The notes under the pieces were generated by a model that was not told where the DNA came from, did no database searches, and saw nothing but the letters and a program-made list of their open reading frames with translations. Both the position numbers and the translations under genes were made by a program. Below, in pieces: positions 13,795-27,279 of a stretch of DNA of 64,000 nucleotides (its first letter is position 1; each line of letters opens with the position of its first letter). This DNA comes from Eledone cirrhosa (Eukaryota): assembly GCA_964016885.1 (NCBI GenBank), contig OZ024756.1, positions 18,848,001 to 18,912,000 on the forward strand. Direction: 5' to 3'.

Positions 13795-14592
13795 GATAGA
13801 AGGGTAGATTGGTAGTGAGGTAGGTAGGTAGGTAGGTAGGTAGGTAGGTAGGTAGGTAGGTAGGTAGGTAGGTAGGTAGGTAGGTAGGGAGGTAGGTAGG
13901 TAGGTAGGTAGGTAGGTAAGTAGGTAGGTAGGTAGGTAGGTAGATAGATAGGTAGGTAGGTAGGTAGGTAGGTAGGTAGGTAGGTAGGGAGGTAGGTAGG
14001 GAGGTAGGTAGGTAGGTAGGTAGGTAGGTAGGTAGGTAGGTAGGTAGGTAGGTAGGGAGGTAGGTAGGTAGGTAGGTAGGTAGATTGGTAGGTAGGTAGG
14101 TAGGGAGGTAGGTAGATTGGTAGGTAGGTAGGTAGGTAGGTAGTGAGGTAGTGAGGTAGGTAGGGAGGTAGGTAGGTAGGTAGGTAGGTAGGTAGGTAGG
14201 GAGGTAGGTAGGGAGGTAGGGAGGTAGGTAGGTAGGTAGGTAGGTTGGTAGGTTGATAGGGAGGTAGGTAAGTAGGTAGGTAGGTAGGTAGGTAGGTAGG
14301 TAGGTAGGTTGGTAGGTAGGTAAGTAGGTAGGTAGGTAGGTAGGTTGGTAGGTAGGTAGGTAAGTAGGTAGGTAGGTAGGTAGGTAGGTAGGTAGGTAGG
14401 TAGGTAGGTAGTGAGGTAGTGAGGTAGGTAGGGAGGTAGGTAGGTAGGTAGGTAGGTAGGGAGGTAGGTAGGTAGGTAGGTAGGTAGGTAGGTAGGTAGG
14501 TAGATAGATAGGTAGGTAGGTAGGGAGGTAGTGAGGTAGTGAGGTAGGTAGGGAGGTAGGTAGGTAGGGAGGTAGGTAGGGAGGTAGGTAAG
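13795..14592. repeat. (TAGG)n tetranucleotide array, about 800 bp
   Basis: Direct reading; source of the PTYL-repeat ORFs. Confidence 0.97.
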
Positions 14593-14899
14593 CCAGCTGG
14601 TTGGTATGCAGACACAGATAGATAGACAGATAGACAATTACATATTTGACCATCTTTTCATAACTTTAGCTCTACCCGTACACCCCCACCAACCTACAGC
14701 TGTAACCCGAACCCAGACCCCATCTCTCCTTTCGCTGAAGGATTTGTTGAGACCCTTTAAATATAGATTTAATTAGATTTTTTTTTGTTAGTTTCTTTAC
14801 CTTTTCAATACATACTTAACACACACACATATATATAATTGTGTGTGTGTGTATATATATAAATACTTGTGTATATATATGTATGTATATATATTTATA

Positions 14900-15668
14900 A
14901 CCTCCATGGAACAAACTACCTGCATCAGTTGTTAGCTGTCGAAACACTGCATCCTTTAAAACCCCCATGGAACAAACTCCCTGCATCAGTTGTTAGCTGT
15001 GGAAACACTGCATCCATGGAGGTTTTGAAGGATGCAGTTTCTCGACAGCTAACAACTGATGCAGGGAGTTTGTTCCATGGAAGTTTTAAGGGATGCAGTG
15101 TTTCGACAGCTAACAACTGATGCAGGGAGTTTGTTCCATGGAGGTTTTAAAGGATGCAGTGTCTCGACAGCTAACACTGTTGCAGGGAGTTTGTTCCATG
15201 GAGGTTTTAAAGGATGCAGTGTCTCGACAGCTAACAACTGTTGCAGGGAGTTTGTTCCATAGAGGTTTTAAAGGATGCAGTGTCTCGACAGCTAACAACT
15301 GTTGCAGGGAGTTTGTTCCATGGAGGTTTTAAGGGATGCAGTGTTTCGACAGCTAACAACTGTTGCAGGGAGTTTGTTCCATGGAGGTTTTAAGGGATGC
15401 AGTGTTTCGACAGCTAACAACTGATGCAGGTAGTTTGTTCCATGGAGGTTTTAAGGGATGCAGTGTTTCGACAGCTAACAACTGATGCAGGGTGTTTGTT
15501 CCATGGAGGTTTTAAAGGATGCAGTGTCTCGACAGCTAACAACTGATGCAGGGAGTTTGTTCCAGTTGTTAGCTGTCGAGACACTGCATTCTTTAAAACC
15601 TCCATGGAACAAACTACCTGCATCAGTTGTTAGCTGTCGAGACACTGCATCCTTTAAAACCTCCATGG
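14900..15668. repeat. 61-bp minisatellite with an internally inverted block
   Basis: Unit CCATGGAGGTTTTAAGGGATGCAGTGTTTCGACAGCTAACAACTGATGCAGGGAGTTTGTT at 15013-15562; its reverse complement at 14900-15012 and 15563-15668. Confidence 0.95.
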
Positions 15669-15857
15669 TTCCTGAGATTCGCCAATACTACACTAATATT
15701 CCCCCTCCATACACACACACACATGTATGTCATGACTCATACACTGTTCACTTCCCTGATATTTGTATATTATTCTATGTACTATGCATGCACCTTTGAC
15801 GAGTTGTAGTGCACCTGAGCACTGTACACAAAAATTTCATTATTATTATTATTATCA

Positions 15858-16135
15858 TAAAGTTAACTTGGCCTTTTATCCTTACGGGGTCGATAAAATA
15901 AAGTACCAGTCATACACTGGGATAATTGCTGGCCTTGTGCCAAAAGTAGAAACAATTATCATCATCATCACCATTATAGGCAGATTGTCGTTGTCATTAT
16001 CATCGTTATTATTGTCCGACGCTCTACTGAGAATAATTATTTTTACTTTTGGCACAAGGCAAGTAATTACCCCAGTGTATTACTGGTACTTTATTTTATC
16101 GACCCCGTAAGGATGAAAGGCAAAGTTAACCTCGT
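15858..16135. mobile_element. Two SINE-A 3' halves in tail-to-tail orientation
   Basis: 15858-15958 on plus, 16035-16135 on minus. Confidence 0.85.
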
Positions 16136-16179
16136 TAATCACAACCACCGCTGTTTGTCTTTTCAGGTATACTAACATA

Positions 16180-16258
<79 letters not shown>

Positions 16259-16447
16259 TACATATACACATATACACTCATGTATATATACGTGAGTGTA
16301 TATGTGTATATATATATATATATACATACATAAACACTTACGTATATATATGTGTGTGTATATAAAAGGTAAACAGAAATAACAAAACAAACGGCACAGT
16401 ACATGGAAGAAATCTATTAGTTTAACGCTTGAAATAACAGGAAGAGA

Positions 16448-16485
16448 GTCTTAACGTTTCGGACACCAGTCCTTCATCAGAAGAC
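16448..16485 (-). ncRNA. Minimal type I hammerhead ribozyme motif (family H)
   Basis: Minus strand GUCUU-CUGAUGA-A-GGAC uggu GUCC-GAA-AC GU-U-AAGAC: 5-bp stem I, intact core, 4-bp stem II, palindromic ACGU stem III; tail 16362-16447 homologous to 49483-49565. Confidence 0.75.
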
Positions 16486-16829
16486 AGAGTTAGAAATAGA
16501 AGATAAATAGAAATTAAAGAATGATAAGAAGAAGGAACAGGAAAAATGAGAAAAAAATATTGGGCAGAAAAGAAACACACGTGTGTATTCTGTCGGCCAT
16601 ATTGTTATATATATATATATATATATATATAACACTCATCACCTCAACACCCACCGAGTCACTCCCCTTTACATTTCAGTCTGTTCTATTCGTCGCATGC
16701 AGGCGTCTCGTCCATCCCACATCACCGTCCATCACCACCCAGGCATAGGCATCAGACCTAACCGAACTTTCTTGGAAATATGTGAATGTACGGTTAAAAT
16801 GTGAGCAGAATAGAAGAAATGAAGGAGCG

Positions 16830-16858
16830 AAGAGAGAGGGTGAGAGAGAGAGAGAGAG

Positions 16859-16915
<57 letters not shown>

Positions 16916-18240
16916 AAGAGAGAAGGAAAAAAAGAGAGAGTGCAAGAGAGTAAGATAGGAATGAGGAAAGAAATAATAAATGATAAAAGGAGACAGAGAT
17001 AGAGAGAGAATAGGGGAGAGGGAGAGCAAGTAAGACAGTTTGAGGGAGGAGGCTTAGAGAAAGAATAGGGGAGAGAGAGAGAGCAAGTAAGACAGTTTGA
17101 GAGAGGAGGCTTAAAGAGAGAGCAGGTGAGAGAGTGTGAGAGAGAGGCTTAAAGAGAGAGCAGGTGGCTTAGCGAGCGAGAGATAGCAGGTGAAAGAGAG
17201 AGAGAGCGATACTGAAAGGGGATAAGAAAGAGAGAGTGAAGGAGAGAGAATGATGTGTGAGAGTGACTGGATGTAGAAAGAGAGAGGGGAATTAGAAAGG
17301 TGTGAATGTGAGAAAGATAGGTGAGAGATATAAAGGGGTGTGGGTGGAGGTAAAGAGAAAGGCTATGACTACAATTAAAAATGATAGAAACAAATCAGCG
17401 AGAGAGAGGAGGAGGGGGAGAGAGAGAAGACTAGAGAAAGAAAGAGTGAGGGTGAGAAGGTAGAAGAAACGGTAAGAAAGACAGGTAAACAGAGAGAAAG
17501 AGACTTGAAGGAAAAGAGAAAGAAAAAGAAAAAAATATAAGGAAAAAGAAACAGAGAGAAACACAGAAAAGAAAGGTAGGGAGAGAGAGAGAGAGAGAGA
17601 GAGGGAGAAGAGGAAAGAGAAAGAAAAAGCAGGAGTTAAGTTAAGAAGTTTTATAGACCCAAGTTTTTTTTTTTTACACACGCGAAAAAGCAAATATAGA
17701 TACTTGCTGCTTATATACACATACATATATAGATGAACTGACAGAGTGAGAGAGAGTGTGATGGGAGAGAGAGGGGGGAGTGTGTGTCTGAGAGAGAGAG
17801 AGGGGGTGAGAGGAGAGACAGAGAGAGAGAGGGGCTGAGAGGAGAGAGAGAGTAGGGGTAGAAAGTGAGGCAGATGGGAGAGATAGAGAGGAGGAGTGTG
17901 TGTCTGAGAGAGAGGGGGGAGAGAGGAGAGAGAGAGAGAGAGAGGGGGAATGTGTGTCTGAGAGAGAGAGTAGGGGGGAAATAGAGAGAATGTGTGTCTC
18001 AGAGAGAGAAAGAGAGAGGGGGAAATGTGTGTCTGAGAGAGAGGGGGGAAATGTGTGTATGAGAGAGAGGGGGAAATGTGTGTATGAGAGAGAGAAGGGG
18101 AAATGTGTGTGTGAGAGAGAGAGGGGGGAATGTGTGTGTGAGAGAGAGGGCGAAATGTGTGTATGATAGAGAGAGGGGGAAATGTGTGTCTGAGAGAGAG
18201 GGGGAAATGTGTGTGTGTGAGAGAGAGAGAAAGGAGGGGT
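16830..18240. repeat. GA-rich polypurine region, with a GAGAGAGAGGGGGAAATGTGTGT-type repeat at about 17900-18230
   Basis: Direct reading. Confidence 0.9.
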
Positions 18241-18437
18241 AGAAAGACATACTCACTCCATACACATGCACATACACACACACACACACACACATGCAGA
18301 TGCACACGGACACACCTAGAAAGTTTGTTCCGGCCCAGCGTTGTACATATATGGTGAAGGCATGTGAAGTCGTCTGCGTAACCCGATACAACCAGCATCA
18401 CAGCAGATCGGTGAGGTGAGCTGTAGGCACCATCAGT

Positions 18438-19051
18438 CGCCGCCGCCACCATCATCACCACCACCACCACCACCACTATCAACCGCCGCCACCATCATCA
18501 CCATCACCGCCACCGCTACCATCACTACTATCACCGCCACCGCTACCACTACATCACCGCCACCATCACCGCCACCGCTACCACTACCATCACCGCCACC
18601 ATCACCGCTACCACCACCGCTACCATTACCATCACTGCCACCATCACCGCCACCGCCACCACTACCATCACCGCCACCATCACCGCCACCGCTACCACTA
18701 CCATCACCGCCACCATCACCGCTACCATCACCGCTACCATTACCATCACTGCCACCATCACCGCCACCGCCACCGCCACCGCTACCATCACCGCCACCGC
18801 TACCATCACCGCCACCGCTACCACTACCATCACCGCCACCGCCACCACTACCATCACCGCCACCGCCACCGCCACCGCTACCACTACCATCACCGCCACC
18901 GCTACCATCACCGCCACCGCCGCTACCACCACCACCACCACCATCATATTCATCAAGATAGATATCATCATTATAATCACCATTATCATCATCATGATCA
19001 CCATCATCATCATCATCATCATCATGATTACCACCATCATCATCGTCACCA

Positions 19052-19100
<49 letters not shown>
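18438..19100. repeat. Trinucleotide mosaic (CAC/CGC/CAT, then ATC, then GTC)
   Basis: Direct reading; source of the Pro-rich and VAVM ORFs. Confidence 0.92.
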
Positions 19101-19250
19101 CTCAGAACAACACATCTTAACTCTTCACGTTACGTTTAGTGGATCCGACCATGAGCAGACGACACCAGAAGTGATGTGAACAAATAAATAAAATAAATAA
19201 TATATAAATATATATAAATATATAATAAAATAACTATAAATAAGCGAAAT

Positions 19251-19304
<54 letters not shown>

Positions 19305-19995
19305 CACAAGCATATACATACATACATGTAAAATAACGCGTACATTCTCTTACATACCAACATGTACACATACTCTTACATACCAACATGTACACATATA
19401 TATTAATAGATAGACACACATACATACATACATACATACATACATGCATACCTGTACATATGTGTGTGTGTGCATACACATACGTACATGTATAGGTATG
19501 TGTGCGCGTGTGGGTATGTATATATGTGTGTATGTGTGCGTGTGTGTGCATGTGTGCGTACAACACAACACTTCCGTTTCTACGGCTCCACCCCCTCCCT
19601 CCCTCCTGACAAACAACTGCACACACAGCCTCTATGGCACACTCCCCCACCACCACCACCACCACCACCACCACCACCACCAGCATCAACTCCCTCCCAG
19701 CCAACCAGCCAACCAACCATCCAGCCAGCCAACCATCCAGCCAACCAACCAACAGAACCAACATACAAACTCAACTCTTACCTCCACCCACTCAAATCTC
19801 CTCCCTCCTCTATTCTATGTCTGACTGACTTGGAACCAAAGTTTCTATTCCAACTGTCTCCACCGAACGGCGCAAACCGTATTTTGAGCAGCTCCGTCCA
19901 GACTTGAGTTTTTATTTACTCAAATCTATTAAGAGATATCAGCCGACCCGTATTTCGCCTTTGGATATTTAACTTAAAAACAAAAAAAATACAAA

Positions 19996-20046
19996 ATGGC
20001 TTTGCGTTTAGGACCCAAAGGTATGGACAGGGCTATCCAGTCCAAG
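19996..20046 (+). CDS. Probable first coding exon of a calponin/transgelin/MP20-like (CH-domain) muscle protein gene
   Basis: CAAAATGG start context; MALRLGPKGMDRAIQSK resembles calponin-family N-termini (G/P-x-GMDR-A-x-x-SK before the xxAKYD motif); strong phase-0 donor AAG|GTAAGC; non-repetitive UTR-like sequence at 19820-19995. Only 17 aa, so the family call is tentative. Confidence 0.62.
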
Positions 20047-20485
20047 GTAAGCAACTTTTATTTTCGCTATTCAATTTGTCATTTACACTATACACATATT
20101 TTGTTTGTTTGTAATTCTGTTGCTTATGCTCCAGTGGGAATACATGAATATCTATCTATCTATCTATCGATCTATCTTTCTATCTATCGGTGTATCTGTC
20201 TCTCTATCTATCTATCTTTTTATCTATCTATCTGTTTATCTATCTATCTACATGTCTATGTATCATTCTTTCAACCAAGCTATCTATATCAGTTCCTTCT
20301 CCTTTTTCCTATCTACCTGTGTTAGTTCCTTTTCCCCTTCCTACATACATCTCTCTATATCAGTTCCTTTTCTCGTTCTATCTATCTGTCTATCTGTCTA
20401 TTTATGTTTTATATATGTTCGTTAAAATTTTGTTAAATGCGCACATTTTTATTTTATTTTATATATTTATAAATATTCTATACGA

Positions 20486-20537
<52 letters not shown>

Positions 20538-21797
20538 ATGTACAAGATTTAATTTTTCTAAATAATCTAACATTCATCGTTTAGTGAAAAACAAACGAAA
20601 AATATATTGCAATATCAAATGAATTATGGTGAAAATATTTCGTTATATTTATTTAATTTTTTCCATCATATAATATTAGATGCTGAAAGTAAAATTTCAA
20701 ATATATAAATAAATTTTGAAAGTTTAAAAAACATTCTTCCGACCCACCCAGAATAGATTTAATGTTAAAAGAAAAAGTTACCTAAATAAAAACGAAAAAA
20801 AAATAAAATCAATAAATAGTATTGAAAATTTTTTTCTTCACAAATTTTTTTAATTATTTTTTTCATTTAAAGATTTATTTAGTTATTTATTTGTTTAGAT
20901 GAAATATTTCTGAGAATAAGTTTAATAATAGTTTTAGACAGTTCGGAATATTTTAGTTGATTTTATTTATTTATTTTAATTTTAATTTTAGAATTTGTTT
21001 TAATACGTTCATTTTTATATTAGGTTATTAAAGGAATTTTCTTTTATATATTATCTTAGTCATTTATCTTTAGCAACATTTCTTAATTTATTTAAAGATG
21101 TTTTCTCTATCTCTCCAATAGTTAACCTTTAAAATCAAGATAGAAAGAAATAAGAATCTACCATCTATATTACAAATAAACTATTTAATTTAATTTAATA
21201 ATCTTATAGTTAGTTTATCTAAAATTATATTATGAGAAAGGAGAAATAAAAATGGCCTTGAATTTGTCGTCTGCTACGTTCATATGTTGTATGTTTAACA
21301 TTGTTTTAAATCGTTCTGACGTATTTGTTCTATAGTGTTGCTATTTATATAACAGAACACATGCATTCTCTTGTGGTTATCTACTATCCATGCAAAATTT
21401 ATGTTGTCTATTTGAAGATGATTTTTTTTTTCTACACCGCCTTTCTAACATGAATGAAGAAAGAGAGAGAGAGAGAGAGAAAAGAGAGAGAGAGAGCGCG
21501 GAGATGGCTTCAAACTTGTCGTCTGCTTATAGTGCTGATGTCGAACTAGAACAAAAAATGTATTACATACTTGAGGTTTTGTTACGTACTGTAGGTATGA
21601 TATATACATAGACAGGAAGAGGAAATATGTAGTGTAGAATCTCAGATATTTAAAGTAGAAGGAAAGGTGAAATAGGAAGTTGGGCAATTCATGATTTTCC
21701 TACGGAAAGAAAGTAATTTCAAATGCTGTTATGAATCACGATGGGGTCTGTGTCTGTAAAACTACACATATAATATCTTAAAGGAAAATTAATAGCG

Positions 21798-21867
<70 letters not shown>

Positions 21868-21868
<1 letters not shown>

Positions 21869-22066
21869 TATTAGAAAGCGAGGTTTTTTTACAAAATGAA
21901 AAAGAACCCGGTGTGCTACACGAGGGAAAGTATAAGGAAAAAAGATGAAATCGAAAATGCAACTGGAGTCCTTTTTTTATAAAAATATATATTTATTTGG
22001 TTCCTTTACCGGTCTCGCAGTTCTGCTTTTCAAAAGGAGAATTGAGATGGAGGGTTTGTGGTTTTT

Positions 22067-22070
<4 letters not shown>
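21868..22070 (-). mobile_element. Family D short element with variant hammerhead motif (22002-22038)
   Basis: Homologous to 37258-37392; flanked by (TA)n and (CA)n; minus strand UCCUU-UUGAAAA-GCAG aa CUGC-GAG-AC CG GU-A-AAGGA. Confidence 0.7.
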
Positions 22071-22136
<66 letters not shown>

Positions 22137-22375
22137 TTTAAGGAGAACGTGTGAGAGATAGGATGCATAGATAGAGTGTGCGAAAGAAGGAATTGGAAAG
22201 AAAATATGGGTGGGGGTCGATTTAAGTGATGAACAATAAATGCGAGAGGGGGTGGTGAACGACATGATGGTGGATAGAGGAGATAAGAATAAGGAAGCAG
22301 ATAGGTAGATGAATTTTAAGTAGGAAGAGTTTGAAGAAAAAAATAAAAATATATATATTAGAACTCGATAAGGGC

Positions 22376-22421
<46 letters not shown>

Positions 22422-22614
22422 GAATTTTATTTCTCGCCCCAACACAGCTGATACATAAATGTAAGTATGCACACGTACACACATATATACACACATATAT
22501 GTATATACACACACATATATGTATATATACTTATATACATGTATATATATGTGTGTGTGTACGTGTGCATACTTACATTATTATATATATATATATATAT
22601 ATATTAAATAACAG

Positions 22615-22654
<40 letters not shown>

Positions 22655-22820
22655 TAAATAACAGATTAAAGTTTAAGCAAAGAAAGCAGCGATTCTTTGC
22701 TTAAACTTTAATCTGTTATTTAATAAATATTTGCTCTAGGGTTCTTATATATTTGATATATATTTATCCTTATCGAGCCCTCTTTGGATTTCAGTCTTCA
22801 CATTTATTACTATTACTATA
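22655..22820 (+). mobile_element. Family C short element with fold-back arm
   Basis: Hairpin TTAAATAACAGATTAAAGTTTAAGCAAAGAA / TTCTTTGCTTAAACTTTAATCTGTTATTTAA; homologues at 23592-23665 and 28652-28818, all inside (TA)n. Confidence 0.78.
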
Positions 22821-22958
22821 TATATATATATTCATATATTTAATTAGAGAGTGAACAACACAAAATATAACTACTCAATTACCAAAGGTTAATGGATCAC
22901 AGACGATAATAATATACGTCTGGACCGTTCGTCAGATAGAGATATATAAATAAATAAA

Positions 22959-23143
22959 TAATTGTTTCTACTTTAGGCACAAGGCCAGCAATTACCCAGT
23001 GCATTACTGGTACTTTATTTTATCGACCCCGTAAGGACGAAAGGCAAAGTCAACCTCGGCGGGATTTGAACTCAGATCGTAAAGGGACGTAACTATGCTG
23101 GAAAGCATGGCGCCCGACACTCTACCGATACTGCCAATCCACC
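22959..23143 (-). mobile_element. SINE-A full copy
   Basis: Reverse complement of 6513-6703. Confidence 0.9.
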
Positions 23144-23502
23144 AAATAAATAATGGCCACAGGTTCCATACCTTTTTGCGTAAACTTATTCGTTGAAGTA
23201 ACTTTTGGGAACGGTAACATGGTTGTAATCAAATGTCAATGCAATAATTTAAGTTAGGTGTCAATAACTATCAACAGTATGTATTTGACGACAAGCTGGT
23301 CGACGTGTGAGGTGTCAAGAGGAAGGTTAAGTATATAATGTTGACGATATCAACAGTTAAAAGTTGATATGGCTGACTGCTGACAGAACTCGTCTCCTTC
23401 TTCCAATTATGAAAGCAATTTGCTGATACTTTCGACTTTTCGCGTTTTCCGTATAAATACATACATAATATATACACACATACACACACATAAGTTTATA
23501 AG

Positions 23503-23587
<85 letters not shown>

Positions 23588-24486
23588 GTAAAAATATAGT
23601 TTCAGAAGATCCCGTTAAGGGTGAAAGCGGCGATTCTTTGCTTAAACTTTAATCTGTTATTTTAATATATATATATATATATATATACATATATACATAT
23701 ATATACATACATAAGTTTATATATATATATATATATATATACATATATATACATACATAAGTTTATATATATATACATATATATATATACATTTATATAT
23801 ATATATACATAAATTTATACATACATAATATATATATATATATATACATACATATATATTATATATATGTATATACATACATCATATATATTTATATACA
23901 TACATATATATTATATATATGTATATAGACATACATATGTATATACATATATACATACATGAACACACACACTCACACACGTATATAAGGAAGTGCTTAT
24001 CTATGGCTATAAATGAATGTGAAAATACGTTTATCTTGATATTCAATTAATGTGTGGGTGAGAATATATATATAATATACATATATTCTATCATTTATAC
24101 AATATATATATGTATCATTCACTATATATATGTATACATCTACACATATATAAATGCATACATAACAGATACATAGGATATTAGCATAAAATGTCGCAAT
24201 AAAGAGTGGATAGCCAAGAAAAATTAAATTCATATTTTGGCCATTTTTACGAAATTGGGATGCCCGATCCAAAAATTTATAATACAGTTTTGAATACAAC
24301 AAATTTTTTTTCGACTACAAAATTATGCAATAAATTACATTAATATGTAAATACAAAGATGTCAGAAATTGAAACATTTATGGTCGAATGTCCGTGACAA
24401 ACGGCCACATTGGTGGCAAGGCATTAAACACAATTTGGGGTTCATATAACTGAAATAACAACAGCATTATTGAAATAACAATCATT

Positions 24487-24899
24487 TGGCAGTATTGGTA
24501 GAGGGTCGGACGCCATGCTTTGACGCATAGAGTTACGGCCCTTGCCATTCTGAGTTCAAATCCCGCCGAGGTTAACTTTGCCTTTCATCCTTACGGGGTC
24601 GATAAAATAAATTACCAGTAATACACTGAGATAATTGCTGGCCTTGTGCCAAAGGAGAAACAATTATAGTAGTAGAAGTAACGATTTTTACTATAGGCAC
24701 AAGGCCAGCAATTTTGGAGGAGGGGAAAGTCAATTAAATCGACCCCAGTGCATTACTGGTGCTTTATTTTATCGACCCCGTAAGGATGGAAGGGAAAGCT
24801 AACCTCGGCTAGATTTGAGCTTAGAACGTAAAGAGGTGTAACTCTATGCCACTAAGCATGTTGTCCGACGCTCTAACGATTATGCCAATCCACCGCCTT
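24487..24899. mobile_element. Two SINE-A copies, tail-to-tail
   Basis: 24487-24667 on plus, 24685-24899 on minus. Confidence 0.9.
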
Positions 24900-24909
24900 T
24901 GATAATAAT

Positions 24910-25180
24910 ATGAAAAAGGTGGATGTGATACCAGTGATCGTTGGCGCTTTACGGATGATCACAAAGAAATTGGATAGATTGATAAAAAAAATACAACTAA
25001 ACCTGAAACTTACAGTGGAAATGTTAGAAGAACCCTAGGATAATACGAAAGGTATTGGATATAAACTTAAAAGAAGAAACACTGTCATGATAGCTAAGAA
25101 CACTGGGTATGGTCCGCTGTCTTGACTAAACCAGGAACTAAGATCATTCCTGAGGGAGGACATGATAATGATAATAATCT
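24910..25180 (+). mobile_element. 3' remnant of an R4/Dong-like (RLE endonuclease) LINE
   Basis: MKKVDVIPVIVGALRMITKKLDRLIKKIQLNL..., then after a frame break RIIRKVLDI; matches the VIP.VVGALG...RI.RKVL C-terminal pattern; (TAA)-like repeats on both sides. Confidence 0.7.
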
Positions 25181-25993
25181 CAACAAGAATACTATTAACA
25201 AGAATAATATTAACTATTTCTAACATTGACGCAAGGCTAACAATTTGTGGGAAGGAGAAAGTCGATCATATCGATAATATTCCTATTCTGTAGAAGTGAA
25301 ATAGCCGAGGGAATACAGTATTGGGACATTACCTATATATACCTTATATAGAGAGAGAAATGTTGTGTTTAGTCTCCTTGTACTGTATATTTGGAGAACA
25401 TAGTCATTTCTTATGATCCACTTCGTGAATACTGTCGAAATATAGCTTCTGTTGGCTCTATGGTTTATCAAACAGCTTCTATAGAGCCAGATCTCCTTCT
25501 ATGAACATATAACTACAGGCAACGTTCACACGACTCGTGTATCCACTCATAATCTCAGTCAAGAGAAATTTCTGATACAATATACTCACTAAATAAATTA
25601 ATTAATCAATTATTTATATAATTAATCAAAGTAGGAATTTGTAGTTTACTTGAAGCATTGTATATGGTATAAAGAATTCGAAGTTTGAAAGCCACGACAA
25701 TGCGAAATGGACAAATAAACAAACAAGTCCGGTGAAACAAGATGTGTTTTTTACCTTAATTTATTTATATGTCCTGATTAATTAATTAATTATATAATTT
25801 GTTAATAAAGATATGCCCAAAATGTTCGTATCTGGATGCGTTAATTATTTTCAAAGTGTTAAAAAAATAGATTGCTTAGTTCCTAACCAATCCCCACTCT
25901 GTGATGTTCTAACTTATCTTTTTTGATTATTTTACCATCATCATCATCATCAATATCATTATTGATATTATTACTATTATTATTATTAGTTAG

Positions 25994-26565
25994 AGTGGTG
26001 GATTGGCAAAATCGGTAGAGCGTCAGATAACATGCGTTGTAACATTTGGTTGCAGCCCTTTATGTTCTAAGTTCAAATCACGGCGAGGTTAGTTTTGTAT
26101 CTCATCCTCACGGGGTCGATTAAATAAAGTACTAGTAATGTACTGGGGTTGATTTAATCTACTTTGCCATATCCACAAATTGTTGGCCTTGTGCCTATAT
26201 CAGAAACCATTAGTAGTAGTAGTAGTAGTAGGAGTAGTAGTGAAAATAGTGAATTGGCAGAATCGTTAGAGCGTCGGACATAAGGCTTTACTGCATTTAC
26301 TTACGATTTTTCATCCTTCCGGGGTCGATAAAATAAAATACCAGCTAAGAACTGGGGTCCATATAAACGACTGTCATCTTCCTCCAAATTGATGACCCCT
26401 TCCAACAGACCTAATGAATAAAATAAAATATAAACTGATTTCCGGTATCTAGCTGCATTCTTTTACACCCGTCGTCTTGAGTTCAAATCTGCCGGGTGTT
26501 GGTTTTACATTTCATCCCCTCGTGGGACGATAAAGTATGTATCAGTCAGGTACTGGGGTCAATTA
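25994..26565 (+). mobile_element. Three diverged SINE-A-related copies
   Basis: TTGGCA.AATCG.TAGAGCGTC, GTTCAAAT and GGGGTCGATAAA motifs. Confidence 0.75.
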
Positions 26566-27279
26566 TAGGTAAAAGTTTTATTTAAATCTTAGTAAAAACA
26601 ATTTAATAGAAAAAGAAAGAAAATTTAGATTGAGAAGAAAGAATGGAATGTAAAAAAATAAAATATTTTTAAAAAAACGGAAGCGGAAGGAGAAGGCAAG
26701 GCCTCTGGGGAGGAGGGAGGTGTGATTGGGGTCTGGGCCGATGGCGCGTCGGTAATGGAGCTGCACCTCGCGGACAAGACTTCAAAAGCATTCAATCAGC
26801 TGTTCTTTATCTGTAAATGTGAGAAATCCTTATTGTTGTTATATAGTTGTTATATAGGCGTACAAACCATCTGACAGACTTCCGCGTAGTTTCCGTCTGC
26901 CCAATTTCATTCCCAACACTTGGGTTGACCCAAGGTTATGCTGTCATATCTCTATCCATATATTGATGTCACTCATGGACACACACACACACACACACAC
27001 CATACCTCATCTACTTTTTATTCCTCTTCTCCCCCTCCTCCCCCAAATTACATAATATATATTTTCCTTTTTCTTTTTCTTTTGTGGTGGGTGGGGAGAG
27101 GGGTGTGGGTCTGTGAAAACAAAATATTGTCTTTCGTCGTTCCGATGATGATCAAATATGTACCAGTGATATACTAGGGGTAAGAAGAGATCAGTATAAT
27201 CAACTCTACACAGTGCCCTTATAATATATGGCCTTGTGTGCACCGTGATAGAAATTATTTTGAATAAATTCGTCTGGAC

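Noticed and set aside
13562-14653. 363-aa PTYL-repeat ORF; telomere-like appearance
   Set aside because: Pure (TAGG)n, open in all three minus frames; not TTAGGG
21504-21611. MASNLSSAYSADVELEQKMYYILEVL as calponin exon 2
   Set aside because: Lacks the KYD and conserved Trp motifs and has no suitable phase-0 acceptor
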